Shown here piece after piece: positions 63,568 through 64,000 of a stretch of 64,000 nucleotides of DNA. The stretch spans positions 1,426,001-1,490,000 of the forward strand of contig NW_027271172.1 of the NCBI RefSeq assembly GCF_040938485.1, in the 5' to 3' direction. Source of the DNA: Diadema antillarum. Lineage: Eukaryota. A model generated the notes under the pieces. It saw only the letters and a program-made list of their open reading frames with translations, was not told the origin of the DNA and searched no databases. The translations under genes and the position numbers were made by a program. Within the stretch, counting starts at the first letter, position 1. The number at the start of each line of letters is the position of its first letter.

Positions 63568-64000
63568 GTAGGCCTACGCACAACAACAAATAATTTCAAG
63601 GCCCTCGTGTGAAATTCTTGTCAAGGGCGCGCGCGCGTGTGTGTGTGTGTGTGTGTGTGTGTACATGCTATGACGTGCACTTTTGCCAATGTATTTTTGT
63701 ATACAAATACGTAATAGGATTCAGTCTAATATCTCTTTCCTATTATAACCTGAAGGACGATTGGAAAAAGCAATTACAGTACTATAACGAATAAATGCAT
63801 AACACGTATTTTCCAATTCAGGAGTGCGTTTCAATGAGGCCACGGCTAGTAGTTATGGCAGTGAATTTTCCCCCGAAAAATATATAGATAAAAAGATTAT
63901 AGTACTAACAATCATCCTAACAAGACCTCCGTTTGGATGCAAATAATAATTATGATAGCTCCGATCGCAGGGCTACCACCATGGTAACACAATACAAACC

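Overview
AT-rich eukaryotic intron-exon DNA, probably from an echinoderm such as a sea urchin (inferred from the repeat families and domain content). The window starts with the last coding exon of an MFSD13A/TMEM180-like transporter gene. The rest is a head-to-tail array of three + strand paralogs that the ORF track misses because they are split into short exons. I reconstructed them by hand. Each has an exon ending in ATG, a signal-peptide exon, an unrecognised Cys-containing N-terminal domain, 9 EGF exons and 2 SRCR exons, with no transmembrane segment. Gene 1 (9728-27899) gives about 657 aa, gene 2 (32616-50130) about 653 aa, and gene 3 (55001 onward) runs off the window. The first SRCR has lost one disulfide pair and is only about 50% identical between paralogs, while the second is about 92% identical. 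The identity pattern makes gene 2 look like a chimera from unequal crossover. Introns and intergenic DNA carry many mobile elements: MITEs, SINEs, L2 fragments, a nested DNA transposon with a solo-LTR-like insert, a tRNA-Thr-like tandem/inverted unit, and a fold-back with two Penelope-type minimal hammerhead ribozyme motifs. All identities and family assignments are by eye; no searches were run.
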